Counted from the stretch's first letter, positions 45,420 through 55,040 are shown. The stretch is DNA of 64,000 nt from an uncultured virus (IMG/VR IMGVR_UViG_3300008110_000249) (IMGVR_UViG_3300008110_000249), one strand, 5' to 3'. Notes: generated from the letters alone by a model not told the origin. Made by a program: numbers and translations.

Positions 45420-47306
45420 ATGAAAAATATATTATTATTATTCTTAGTATTTTTAGTATCCTGTGGAGGAGGATCGGACCCCTCACCTACAACGACTGAT
45501 CCTCAAATTACTACGGTTCCGGGATTGTCAGAAAACTCTGGCACTGATATAAATTTATACAAACTAGATCCACTAAAGATTAGGGAGGCTAGTGTAATAT
45601 TACCTGCTGACTCCACTACTACACTACAAGAAGTACAACAGTCAGCAATTTTTAGTCTGTTTAGAACTCCCTACTCTGGATCTTTTAACGAGGGCAACAT
45701 AGACAATGCACTGGTAATTACACTTAAAGTACTTAATATACCCAACAGGACCAGGGTGCCCTATATAATATCAGGAATAAATGTTGAAGATATAGAATCC
45801 ATGGTGCTTAATGGTGCTAGTATGCCACCAGCCCTTGCTGGTTACTTTGATTTAGGATCGCAAGGAGCAGTTGGATTTGCCAATCTAGTATTGATATTTA
45901 AATCAGATCAAACAACCGAGGGTGCAGAAACACTATCTTTAAGATTAGGTACTGGCTGGACCAACGTAGATGCACTAACTGTAACGGCAACCATTAATGA
46001 TACTAGTACTACGCCAGTACCACCAGTAGTACCAGACCCCACATATACATTAACTAAAACACCGGCTGGTTCAATTGATGAAGGATTATTAAGTAGTCCA
46101 GTTACAATTACACTGAATACTACTGGGTTAGAACGTGGAACTGCTGTTCCATGGACAATTTCAGGTTCATTTATTACTGTTGCTGATATAGAATCAATGG
46201 TAGTAAATGGTACGCCACAAATTCCAAGCTTAACTGGACAATTTATTGTAAACAGTGGTGGGTCTACCACAATGGTGTTAACATTCAAAGCAGACAAATT
46301 TACTGAAGGTGCAGAAACTCTAGTACTAGGACTTCCTACTGTTCCTGGTACGCCCACCGTTAGTATAACAATCAATGATACCAGTACAACAGCCGCAACA
46401 TTGGTAGACACAACCAATCCTATAATTTCAATCACTAGCGTTTATAATTTTGTTGCAAACAGTAGTATGAATGTAGAAGGAGTGGCAGTGGATAACGTGG
46501 GTATCCGTTCGGTTACCTGGATTAACAGAATAGAAGGAGTAATAGTTAACCAAGGGTCTGCTAGCCTTACCCAGTTCGGTAACTATGCTACTTGGACTAC
46601 AACTATTCCTCTGCAATTAGGAAACAATAACATAGAAATATTAGCAACTGACACTAATGGTAGGACAGGGTATGAAATAATAGTTGTATCTGGGTCAGTG
46701 GCCATGGTGTCTGGACAAAACAGTTATGAAGCAGACCCTTGGGCTATTGAAGAAACAGAGATGGTTGCATCACAATCTGTCGAAATGGGTGACTCTGATT
46801 TAGCATCAATGGTCACAAGTCAGCCTACTAGTTACGTTGGAGATCCCACTACCCACATTGAACAAATGAGACTTCAAGCCGAACGTGTACATAGGTTCAC
46901 ACAACTGGGCATAGATAGCGATAAAGTCATAAGCTTGGCTTCATTAGGTATACCTGAACCACCTGCAGAAGTACATCCTTGTAATAAAGGATATTATTTA
47001 CACCTACATCATGCAACATTGCCTAATATTAAATTTAAATTAGACGGTGATTGGTGGCTGCTGGCCAGTGCCACCAGCAGAATTGCTACCGATCCTAACA
47101 AAGTTCATTTCTATTGGGCAAAACAAATTGGTGACACATCTTTAGGTTTACATGATACTGGGATACAAACTGAAAATTCACAGTTGAAACTAGGAACAAT
47201 AGATGCAAAACTGGATCTAGGTTGGGCAGTGGTCCCCTACAGTTATGCAATGTATGTAGGGATATCACCACTACCTATTAGTAGAAATGAAATATGCGAA
47301 GTCTGA
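45420..47306 (+). CDS. Large lipoprotein with two Calx-beta/Ig-like repeats
   Basis: Lipobox LVSC-GGG; duplicated unit ...EG...VP(Y/W).ISG....DIESMV.NG...D..TEGAETL.L...TINDTSTT; Ig-like G.A.DNVGI.SV...L..G.N.I.I.ATD. Confidence 0.75.
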   Translation: MKNILLLFLVFLVSCGGGSDPSPTTTDPQITTVPGLSENSGTDINLYKLDPLKIREASVILPADSTTTLQEVQQSAIFSLFRTPYSGSFNEGNIDNALVITLKVLNIPNRTRVPYIISGINVEDIESMVLNGASMPPALAGYFDLGSQGAVGFANLVLIFKSDQTTEGAETLSLRLGTGWTNVDALTVTATINDTSTTPVPPVVPDPTYTLTKTPAGSIDEGLLSSPVTITLNTTGLERGTAVPWTISGSFITVADIESMVVNGTPQIPSLTGQFIVNSGGSTTMVLTFKADKFTEGAETLVLGLPTVPGTPTVSITINDTSTTAATLVDTTNPIISITSVYNFVANSSMNVEGVAVDNVGIRSVTWINRIEGVIVNQGSASLTQFGNYATWTTTIPLQLGNNNIEILATDTNGRTGYEIIVVSGSVAMVSGQNSYEADPWAIEETEMVASQSVEMGDSDLASMVTSQPTSYVGDPTTHIEQMRLQAERVHRFTQLGIDSDKVISLASLGIPEPPAEVHPCNKGYYLHLHHATLPNIKFKLDGDWWLLASATSRIATDPNKVHFYWAKQIGDTSLGLHDTGIQTENSQLKLGTIDAKLDLGWAVVPYSYAMYVGISPLPISRNEICEV

Positions 47307-48283
47307 TAGCAGTAGTACTGCTATTATTTGCTAATCAAGCATACGCAAATAAATGGCCCATTTGGCCACAGATACAAAGCGTAAATAGCAGACTAGGCTG
47401 GCAGATAGATAAGATTCAAGTAATAGGACACAACTCCAGAGTGCCACTGTACGGTGGGCAAGATCCTTTCCCCTTTTGTGCATCAGTTGCAGCCAGTATA
47501 TTGCACGATCAGCACGAATGCATGAATAAAAATCAGGATTGCAGTGTATATCCTAGAACGTCGGCATTATCATTGGTAAGTTCTAGCCAAGGAACACCAA
47601 ACAGAATAAATTGGGACAATGGAGGGGTTACCATATTGGCGTTAAAACAAGTCTTAAAAAATGGCGGAGCCGCATCTCACCTCAGTTGTAACTACGATAC
47701 TATTGTAGAACCACGTAAAAATAAAGGGGTAGATTTTGTTAGAATATATGGTAATTATGCTAACCATAAACAATTTCGTAAATGGGGCGGTTATCTACAA
47801 AGATATTACAGAGATGAATTTATTTGGGAAGTAACTCAACTGGGTTTATATAGAAAAAATTTAGATGCCGTGTTGTCAAAAGATTTCAACTCACCACATG
47901 ATTTGTTTAATTCGATTATCGTAACTGAGGAGTGTGGTAATATAGAAATAACTAGTAGTAAGCAATATACCTTAAAAATAATTGATAACCCTGATCAAGA
48001 CATTAAACTATCATATGAAAAAATTCAGTATCTATTAAAAAATAACACACCAGTTGGTATTAATCTGTGTTTGAATATAGATGTTGGACTTAAAACTTGT
48101 AGCAAACATTCACTGGTAATTTTTGCCGAAGGCCTGGCTAAGAATACAATTACCGGGGACATTAGGCGTGTATATCATTTAGCAAATACTTGGAGTGAAC
48201 ACTGGCATAAGGATCATAATGACGGCTGGGTATTTGCAGACCAATTATTATTAGGTGTTTATTCGATGTTTTGGCTGGAATAA
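47294..48283 (+). CDS. Secreted papain-like cysteine protease candidate
   Basis: Signal peptide AYA-N; Q.....C (QDPFPFCAS), H (KHSLVI), N (LANTWSEHW) in papain order. Confidence 0.6.
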   Translation: MRSLIAVVLLLFANQAYANKWPIWPQIQSVNSRLGWQIDKIQVIGHNSRVPLYGGQDPFPFCASVAASILHDQHECMNKNQDCSVYPRTSALSLVSSSQGTPNRINWDNGGVTILALKQVLKNGGAASHLSCNYDTIVEPRKNKGVDFVRIYGNYANHKQFRKWGGYLQRYYRDEFIWEVTQLGLYRKNLDAVLSKDFNSPHDLFNSIIVTEECGNIEITSSKQYTLKIIDNPDQDIKLSYEKIQYLLKNNTPVGINLCLNIDVGLKTCSKHSLVIFAEGLAKNTITGDIRRVYHLANTWSEHWHKDHNDGWVFADQLLLGVYSMFWLE

Positions 48284-48290
48284 AATTAGA

Positions 48291-48319
48291 TTGACAATAA
48301 TTTTATAAGATAGTATAAT
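48291..48319 (+). promoter_or_regulatory. Sigma70-type early promoter
   Basis: TTGACAATAA, 17-nt spacer, TATAAT. Confidence 0.8.
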
Positions 48320-48348
48320 TATTTTATATACAATGTTCCATTCAGTCA

Positions 48349-48828
48349 ATGAATTTAGTTATTCAAACTAAAATTATGGTCAATTACAGTATTATTGCTG
48401 AAAATCCATATTGGAAATCTTCAGGAGGAAATGTATTCCTTATTAAGGATTTGTCTACATCAGAGGTAGACACTGTAAATTGTTCAGGAATACCTATTAT
48501 AAAATCTTTGGTAGAAATGAATAGTGATTTCCGCAAAGAGTATGTAGTTAATTGGTTTCTTTCTGAAGAAAATCAGTTATGTGATACCTTCGAAAATCCT
48601 TTTGAAGTATTTTGGCGTAACGATCATTGGGTAGCATATCGTAGTATAAAAAATACTGGGATTTTTCATTATGCCATTGAAAAAAAAATCGAACAGTATG
48701 ATATGGCCATTGGGGGCGAACGCACTAATTACAGAGTGATTTATGTGATGCTAAACGGGGATAACGTACTTAGCAGTAAAACAGAAGAATATTTTAATCA
48801 AAACTCAATTGATTCTAAAAATGTCTAG
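48349..48828 (+). CDS. Hypothetical protein, AT-rich paralog of 49702..50169
   Basis: Shares PYWK..GG.VF, GIP.IK.L.E, EYVV.W, WVA.R.I.N, NYRV.Y...NGD.V. Confidence 0.7.
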   Translation: MNLVIQTKIMVNYSIIAENPYWKSSGGNVFLIKDLSTSEVDTVNCSGIPIIKSLVEMNSDFRKEYVVNWFLSEENQLCDTFENPFEVFWRNDHWVAYRSIKNTGIFHYAIEKKIEQYDMAIGGERTNYRVIYVMLNGDNVLSSKTEEYFNQNSIDSKNV

Positions 48829-49129
48829 AAAACATACAGTCACTGCATTGGTGTATGACAAGAAAGGTAGAATGCTTTCTATGGGTCGTAATAGTTATGT
48901 AAAGACCCATCCTATGATGGCAAAAATGGCAGAACATGTAGGAGAACACTACAAGATTTATCTACATGCAGAAGTGGATGCGTTGATTAAAGTAAAGGAT
49001 TGGTCAAAGGCCCATAAATTGGTAATCACTAGGTTTAATAGACAAGGAGAACCTGTATTGGCTAAACCGTGCAAGGTATGTCAACACATGATCAAACTTG
49101 CATCTATTAAAGAAGTGGAGCATACTTGA
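48821..49129 (+). CDS. Zinc-dependent cytidine/dCMP-deaminase-fold protein
   Basis: HAE...PCKVC motifs. Confidence 0.8.
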   Translation: MSRKHTVTALVYDKKGRMLSMGRNSYVKTHPMMAKMAEHVGEHYKIYLHAEVDALIKVKDWSKAHKLVITRFNRQGEPVLAKPCKVCQHMIKLASIKEVEHT

Positions 49130-49132
49130 CAG

Positions 49133-49161
49133 TTGACAATAAATCCAAACCTTGCTATAAT
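49133..49161 (+). promoter_or_regulatory. Sigma70-type early promoter (TTGACAATAAAT family)
   Basis: TTGACA-17 nt-TATAAT. Confidence 0.85.
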
Positions 49162-49192
49162 ACATTTACGCTGAACAACACGGAGCAAGCAA

Positions 49193-49636
49193 ATGGCTAC
49201 TCGCAGCACAATCGCACTGGAATACGCTGATCTGACCATTGATATGATCTACTGCCATTGGGATGGTTATTTGGAGAACAATGGTCGTCTGCTGCTGGAA
49301 CACTGGACTGATCCGTTCAAGGTTCGTGACCTGATGGACTTGGGTTCTATCAGTGCTCTGGGCAAAGAGATTGGTACCAAGCAGAACTTCGATGACCGTA
49401 GCACACACAATTTAGATTGGTGTTTGGCCTACGGGCGGGATCGTGGTGAAGTGGAAGTTGGTGCTGTTCGATTCCCCAACTACCAAGCATACCTCGAATT
49501 TGGTAATTTTGAGGAATTCAATTACATCTTTCGGAAACCTACATATGGTTCGGGTGTTTGGTATGTAAGTCGTGATGACGGATTTGTTCAGTTGAACCGT
49601 GCCTTGGATCGTGTGGCTGTGGAAGCACTCAAGTAA
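49193..49636 (+). CDS. Hypothetical early phage protein (YCHWDGY family)
   Basis: MATRSTI...IYCHWDGY...G..L..H...AYGRDRGE; GGAG RBS. Confidence 0.75.
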   Translation: MATRSTIALEYADLTIDMIYCHWDGYLENNGRLLLEHWTDPFKVRDLMDLGSISALGKEIGTKQNFDDRSTHNLDWCLAYGRDRGEVEVGAVRFPNYQAYLEFGNFEEFNYIFRKPTYGSGVWYVSRDDGFVQLNRALDRVAVEALK

Positions 49637-49643
49637 ACCCAAG

Positions 49644-49672
49644 TTGACAATAAATCCAGTTTTTGATATACT
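49644..49672 (+). promoter_or_regulatory. Sigma70-type early promoter (TTGACAATAAAT family)
   Basis: TTGACA-17 nt-TATACT. Confidence 0.8.
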
Positions 49673-49701
49673 GTATTCATAGTCGAGAAATGGAGAGAAA
49701 T

Positions 49702-50169
49702 ATGAAGATCGTCATCAACACTCAAGTCCGCGAAAACTACGGTTCTGCCGAGAGTCCTTACTGGAAGATGAAGGGTGGTTCTGTCTTTGTTGTTCCGAAC
49801 CTCTCGGCTGAGCAGACCCTCAAGGTCAAGGAGAATGGTATCCCCACTATCAAGGCTCTCATCGAAACTCGTACCGAGATGTTCGAGGAGTATGTGGTAG
49901 ACTGGTCTATCCTTGACAACGATGCCGTTGTCTGCGATCCTTGGGAGACTCCTACGGATCTGTTTTGGACTAACGGTCGGTGGGTCGCTATGCGTACCAT
50001 CGAAAATGGTGAGTACGGCTATATGCGCCGTGAGGTCGCTAGCAAGACCGAAGAGTATGAACTGGAGATGGGCGGCCGTCAAGCCAACTATCGTGTGGTC
50101 TACACTATGCGTAACGGCGATGTAGTCACTGGTGCACAGGTTCAAGAGTATCTGGTTAAGGCTGCTTAA
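49702..50169 (+). CDS. Hypothetical early protein
   Basis: ATG at 49702 behind GGAG; MKIVINTQVRENYG...YWKMKGG. Confidence 0.75.
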   Translation: MKIVINTQVRENYGSAESPYWKMKGGSVFVVPNLSAEQTLKVKENGIPTIKALIETRTEMFEEYVVDWSILDNDAVVCDPWETPTDLFWTNGRWVAMRTIENGEYGYMRREVASKTEEYELEMGGRQANYRVVYTMRNGDVVTGAQVQEYLVKAA

Positions 50170-50170
50170 T

Positions 50171-50380
50171 ATGATTCAACATTTTACTCCTGAGCAGGAT
50201 CAGTTCCTACAACTTAGGCAATCAATGGCTTACTACTCCGGACTCCGAGAGGGTATTTCTTTGTTTGCATACTGGAAAGACGGTGTACAGTATGTAGGTA
50301 CTACGGGCAAGACTCTTAAGGATGCTCTCGCCGAAATTCAAGTCGAGGAAGATACAGTCCGCTCTCGATTTAAAATTTGA
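50171..50380 (+). CDS. Hypothetical protein
   Basis: ATG at 50171; FAYWKDGVQYVGTTG. Confidence 0.6.
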   Translation: MIQHFTPEQDQFLQLRQSMAYYSGLREGISLFAYWKDGVQYVGTTGKTLKDALAEIQVEEDTVRSRFKI

Positions 50381-50405
50381 CAATAAATGGTCTTGGGTAT
50401 ATAAT
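50377..50405 (+). promoter_or_regulatory. Sigma70-type early promoter (TTGACAATAAAT family)
   Basis: TTGACA-17 nt-TATAAT. Confidence 0.85.
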
Positions 50406-50437
50406 ACATACATAGACAGTTAAATAACGGAGCAAAT

Positions 50438-51460
50438 ATGTCAACGATTCGAATTCTTTCTGGTACGTATCGCAATCAAGCCGTTCGCGGGGAAGTCTTT
50501 ACCTTGGTCAAAGGTTTTCAGACAGGTAAGAAAGGCAATTACGTTACTGTTCAGAATGACGGACAGTTTGCCATTGATATTCCTCAAGTGAAAGTTAAAG
50601 TAGACTCTATGTCCGATATTGAGTTTTTGAATGGTAATGCCCCTGTTGCAGTTGCAGCAGAGGTTGCGCCCACTGTTGTCACGGAGACTGATGAGCAGGC
50701 TATGGATCGTATTGCCGAACGATTCGGCATCCTCGATGAAATGTCTAAGGCATGTATCTCGGGTGATATCCGTGCTATGATCGTCACCGGCCCTCCAGGC
50801 GTCGGTAAGAGTCACGGCGTGACTACGCAAATGGAGCGAGCCAGTTTGTTTGACAAGGTTGCTGGTCGCAAGGTCCGTTTTGAAATTGTTAAAGGTACTA
50901 TGTCTGCGATCGGACTGTTTGCACTGTTGTACAAGTTTTCTGATCGTAAGAATGTATTGGTGTTTGATGATTGTGATATTTGGGAAGATCAGGATGCAGT
51001 CAATATTCTGAAAGGTGCATTGGATTCTGGCAAGACCCGTCGCATTAGTTACAACAAGGATAGCCGACTGTTGCGTGAAGAAGGTGTCCCGAACACTTTT
51101 GATTTTCATGGTTCAATCATCTTTATCACTAACAAGACCTTCGATAACAAGCGAGCCACTAAGATTCAGCCGCACTTGGATGCTCTTCAGTCTCGTAGTC
51201 ACTTCTTGGATCTGACTATCAATACCGAGCGTGACAAGATGCTCCGCATCCGTCAAGTGCACCGTGATGCAGACCCGGGTCTGTTCGTTGACTATGGCTT
51301 CACTAAGGAGCAAGAGGATATGGTTCTCGACTTCATGTGGGACAATCACACCAAGTTGCGTGAAATCAGCCTGCGTATGACTCTCAAGATTGCCGATCTT
51401 GTCAAGATTAGCCCGACTTCTTGGAAGAATTTGGCCCGTGCTACTTGCATGAAGGCTTAA
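50438..51460 (+). CDS. AAA+ P-loop ATPase
   Basis: GPPGVGKS, LVFDDCD, LKGALDS, IFITN, ALQSRS. Confidence 0.85.
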   Translation: MSTIRILSGTYRNQAVRGEVFTLVKGFQTGKKGNYVTVQNDGQFAIDIPQVKVKVDSMSDIEFLNGNAPVAVAAEVAPTVVTETDEQAMDRIAERFGILDEMSKACISGDIRAMIVTGPPGVGKSHGVTTQMERASLFDKVAGRKVRFEIVKGTMSAIGLFALLYKFSDRKNVLVFDDCDIWEDQDAVNILKGALDSGKTRRISYNKDSRLLREEGVPNTFDFHGSIIFITNKTFDNKRATKIQPHLDALQSRSHFLDLTINTERDKMLRIRQVHRDADPGLFVDYGFTKEQEDMVLDFMWDNHTKLREISLRMTLKIADLVKISPTSWKNLARATCMKA

Positions 51461-51480
51461 ACAAACACCGTGTGAAGGTG

Positions 51481-51508
51481 AGGGGCAATGTCAATAAGTC
51501 CCCTTTTC
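51481..51508 (+). terminator. Possible terminator
   Basis: AGGGG...CCCCT stem followed by a short T run. Confidence 0.45.
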
Positions 51509-51521
51509 TATTGGAATTAAT

Positions 51522-52538
51522 ATGCGTAAATTAGCCACTATCCGCCGTATTGACGAGATTCGCCCGATTCTGGGTGCTGATGCTATTGAAGCCGCAGTTA
51601 TCGGTGGCTGGACTGTAGTAGTTAAAAAGTCAGAATTCAGTATTGGTGATCTAGCAGTGTATCTAGAAATTGACAGCTGGGTCCCAACTGAACTGGCTCC
51701 GTTCCTAAGCAAAGGTAGTGAACCTCGTGAGTTCAACGGTGTTAAGGGTGAACGCCTTCGTACTGTCAAGTTGCGTGGTACACTATCCCAGGGACTTCTG
51801 TTGTCGCGCATGTTTGTACTTGATCGAATCGGTGAGATTGCGGTAGGCCAGGACGTTACTGAATTGCTCGGCATTCAAAAGTATGAAGCACCTATTCCGG
51901 CTCAATTGGCGGGTGATGTTGAGGGTCCGTTCCCTACTGAAGTGCCCAAGACCGATCAGGAACGCATTCAAAATCTGTCTGAAACTCTCAGAGAATGGCA
52001 GGACAACAGTGCCTTTACCTGGGAAGTTACTGAGAAGTTGGACGGCAGTTCTATGACTGTGTTTGTCAATGGTGGCAGTGAAGGTGTTTGCAGCCGTAAC
52101 TGGGCACTGAAGGAGACTGAGGGTAACAGTCTCTGGCGTGTTGCTCGTCGTGAACAATTGATTGAAAAAATCCGTAGCACTGGACGTAATCTTGCACTGC
52201 AAGGCGAAATCATCGGCGAAGGTATTCAAGGCAATCGTTACAATGTACGAGGTCAGGAATTTCATCTGTTCGATATCTACGATATCGACCGTGGTGATTA
52301 CATGACTCCGTTTGAGCGTAGGACTTTCTGCGACACTCATGGTATTAAGCATTGCCCGCTAATCGCAGTTGGTATGGTTATCAGTGAGTTTGTGCAAGGT
52401 CTGTTGACTATGGCTGAAGGCAAGAGCGCATTGAATGACAAGGCTGAGCGTGAAGGTCTTGTATTCAAATGCAATACTTTCGGTGGACCTAGTTTCAAGG
52501 CCATCAGCAATAAGTTCTTGCTAAAATCGGGCGAGTAA
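51522..52538 (+). CDS. RNA ligase, DRB0094/Rnl2-like with N-terminal OB domain
   Basis: RKLATI...GADAIE, LRGTLSQGL, KTDQERIQN, TEKLDGSS (motif I), QGEIIG, FDIY, EGLVFK, FKAISN. Confidence 0.9.
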   Translation: MRKLATIRRIDEIRPILGADAIEAAVIGGWTVVVKKSEFSIGDLAVYLEIDSWVPTELAPFLSKGSEPREFNGVKGERLRTVKLRGTLSQGLLLSRMFVLDRIGEIAVGQDVTELLGIQKYEAPIPAQLAGDVEGPFPTEVPKTDQERIQNLSETLREWQDNSAFTWEVTEKLDGSSMTVFVNGGSEGVCSRNWALKETEGNSLWRVARREQLIEKIRSTGRNLALQGEIIGEGIQGNRYNVRGQEFHLFDIYDIDRGDYMTPFERRTFCDTHGIKHCPLIAVGMVISEFVQGLLTMAEGKSALNDKAEREGLVFKCNTFGGPSFKAISNKFLLKSGE

Positions 52539-52563
52539 GTCTTACTACTGGTCAAACAATTTT

Positions 52564-52585
52564 AAGGGACTTTGGTCCCTTTTTC
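52564..52585 (+). terminator. Intrinsic terminator
   Basis: AAGGGAC-TTTG-GTCCCTT followed by T run. Confidence 0.75.
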
Positions 52586-52629
52586 CTTTATAAGTTGTAT
52601 AATTCTTTTGAATATTGTATAATATTTCA

Positions 52630-53649
52630 ATGACTCCAGTTAAAACTAAAGAACAATTAATATATTTTATGCAGTCTGGGTACTTTAGATTAAGTAGGCA
52701 TGATCTGCAATTTATACGAAATCTCAATTACCTAGTATTAAGTAATAGATCGCTTACCACTAATCAAGTTGATTTATTTGAAAAACTTATTAAGAAATAT
52801 AATAAACAATTAGATAAGCATGGAATAAACATAACCATGCTCGATAATTTAATATGGGAAACGACAACGGTGCCCAGTTTGTCTGAATTTACTGAGGCAT
52901 ATATAAGTATAAGTGATGATAAAATAATATTTAAAAGTCCATTCAATAAAAAATTCTTAGATAAATTTTCTAAAATTAGTTACAATTCATTCACTTGGGT
53001 AAAAGATAAAAAAAGGTATGAATCTTTTTATAGCACCGAAGCGTTAAAGAACATAGTGTCTACGGCTAACAATTATTTTTCTGTGGTCAATTACTGTAAG
53101 GTTGTTACTAAGTTATTAGAAAGCATTGATCAATATACTCAAACTGTTTGGACACCTACGTTGACATATATCAACGGTAATTATCTGATTTCAGCAATCA
53201 ACGAACCTACTTATAATGCAACCTTAAATCTACCGTTGTCTGATGAACCAGGTTGTTTAGCAACTCTAGCCTCATATGGTGTAGAAATAGAACCCTTGAT
53301 TGTAAAAAATGATCCTTTACTTTCTTTTGCATCTAAATATATTGTAGAGGTAGATTACACCAATTTAGAAGAATTGATAAACTATCTTCGCGCTGTTAAT
53401 TGTGATGCAATCATAACAAGTGGAATAGGGTTAGCATCTCACTATCAAAAAAGTTTAATTAAAAGACTACGAGATTCAAATTTCTACTTAGAAGAACATC
53501 GTAGTAGTAAATCTTTGACCAATGTTATTAAAAATAAAAAGAATCCCATACTTATCCACATGAGTTCATTTATAGATAGTATTCCTTCTGCCTCTAATTT
53601 TAGAAAAATTATAAAATTAAAAAACTCAACACAAATAGAATTTAGATGA
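52630..53649 (+). CDS. Hypothetical protein
   Basis: Long ORF behind TTGTAT-17-TATAAT (52595..52623); ATG at 52630 preferred. Confidence 0.65.
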   Translation: MTPVKTKEQLIYFMQSGYFRLSRHDLQFIRNLNYLVLSNRSLTTNQVDLFEKLIKKYNKQLDKHGINITMLDNLIWETTTVPSLSEFTEAYISISDDKIIFKSPFNKKFLDKFSKISYNSFTWVKDKKRYESFYSTEALKNIVSTANNYFSVVNYCKVVTKLLESIDQYTQTVWTPTLTYINGNYLISAINEPTYNATLNLPLSDEPGCLATLASYGVEIEPLIVKNDPLLSFASKYIVEVDYTNLEELINYLRAVNCDAIITSGIGLASHYQKSLIKRLRDSNFYLEEHRSSKSLTNVIKNKKNPILIHMSSFIDSIPSASNFRKIIKLKNSTQIEFR

Positions 53650-55040
53650 AACAAGTTAAATTAGAAATAAAAGATGAAGTTAATTGCAAAATCGTAGGAC
53701 TAGAATTAGGTGATCGTAAAACATTGGTTAAAATGTTCGAATACGAGATGCCCGGCGCTAGGTATCTCCCTTCAGTAAGGCTAGGCAGATGGAATGGTAA
53801 AGTAAGTTACTTTAGTTTAGGTGGCAGTACTTTTATAAATTTACTTCCTGAAATTTTACCATTACTAGATCAAGCTGGATATGATATAGAACTAGACGAT
53901 CTACGTGAATACACTACCAATTTCACTTTTTCTCAAGTGTCCGAGGATCTATTTTCAAATCAAGTCATTAATCGATTCTTGGAAAATCCTCAGTGTATTC
54001 AGGAGGTAGCAACTGGCGCGGGGAAAACTATAACTACTGCCGCGTTAAGTTATAGTGTTCAAGATTATGGACGTAGCATTGTCATAGTTCCTAATAAAAG
54101 TTTAGTTACACAGACCGAAGAAGATTATAAGAATGTGGGATTAGATGTTGGAGTTTACTTTGGTGACCGTAAGGAGATAGGAAAAAAACATACAATTTGT
54201 ACTTGGCAAAGTTTAAATAACATGCTTAAAAAGACAAAGGCAGGAGAAGCAGAAGTACCTATCGGTGAGTTTATTGAAGATGTTGTTTGTATCATCGTTG
54301 ATGAGGTTCATCAAGCAAAAGCGGATGCATTAAAAACATTAATGACAAGTGTATTCAGTCATGTTCCAATTCGTTGGGGGTTGACCGGAACTATACCCAA
54401 AGCAAAATTTGAAAGCCAAGCATTATTTGTTAGTATAGGTCCTGTTGTGGGAAAGTTAAGTGCAAGTGAATTACAAGATAAAGGTGTGTTAGCACAGTGT
54501 CATGTGAATATTGTACAGTTACAGGATCATTTAGAGTTCACTAACTATCAAAGTGAACTGAAACATTTATTAGAAAATGATAAACGACTTGATACTATCG
54601 CGGATTTGATTTTAAAAATAAAAGATAGTGGTAACACGTTGATTCTTGTTGATAGAGTAAATGCAGGAAAGGCATTAATTGATAGATTGCCTGATTCTGT
54701 ATTCGTAAGTGGTGAAACAAAATTAACAGAAAGAAAAGAAGAATATGATGAGGTTGCAACTTCAAGTAAAAAGATTATTGTGGCGACTTATGGTGTGGCC
54801 GCTGTGGGTATTAATATCCCTCGTATTTTTAATTTGGTTCTTTTGGAACCCGGAAAAAGCTTTGTTAGAGTTATACAAAGTATTGGACGAGGTATTAGAA
54901 AGGCTGAAGATAAAGATGAAGTAGTCATATGGGATATTACTTCAAATTGTAAATTTGCCAAACGTCATTTAACACAACGAAAAACATATTACAAAGAGGC
55001 TAAATATCCTTTTTCTATAGAAAAACTTGACTATAAATGA
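53646..55040 (+). CDS. uvsW: Superfamily 2 helicase, T4 UvsW-like
   Basis: ATGAGKT, IVDEVH, GLTGT, ATYGVAAVGINIP, QSIGRGIR; Q-motif region appears shortened. Confidence 0.9.
   Translation: MKQVKLEIKDEVNCKIVGLELGDRKTLVKMFEYEMPGARYLPSVRLGRWNGKVSYFSLGGSTFINLLPEILPLLDQAGYDIELDDLREYTTNFTFSQVSEDLFSNQVINRFLENPQCIQEVATGAGKTITTAALSYSVQDYGRSIVIVPNKSLVTQTEEDYKNVGLDVGVYFGDRKEIGKKHTICTWQSLNNMLKKTKAGEAEVPIGEFIEDVVCIIVDEVHQAKADALKTLMTSVFSHVPIRWGLTGTIPKAKFESQALFVSIGPVVGKLSASELQDKGVLAQCHVNIVQLQDHLEFTNYQSELKHLLENDKRLDTIADLILKIKDSGNTLILVDRVNAGKALIDRLPDSVFVSGETKLTERKEEYDEVATSSKKIIVATYGVAAVGINIPRIFNLVLLEPGKSFVRVIQSIGRGIRKAEDKDEVVIWDITSNCKFAKRHLTQRKTYYKEAKYPFSIEKLDYK

Noticed and set aside
45908..46435. Minus-strand 175-aa Val-rich ORF
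   Set aside because: Antisense shadow of the Thr-rich lipoprotein; same for 32957..33313 and 33479..33817
49588..52352. Long minus-strand ORFs (49588..50145, 50441..51109, 51783..52352)
   Set aside because: They shadow GC-richer + strand genes whose codon bias removes antisense stops; no motifs, RBS or promoters
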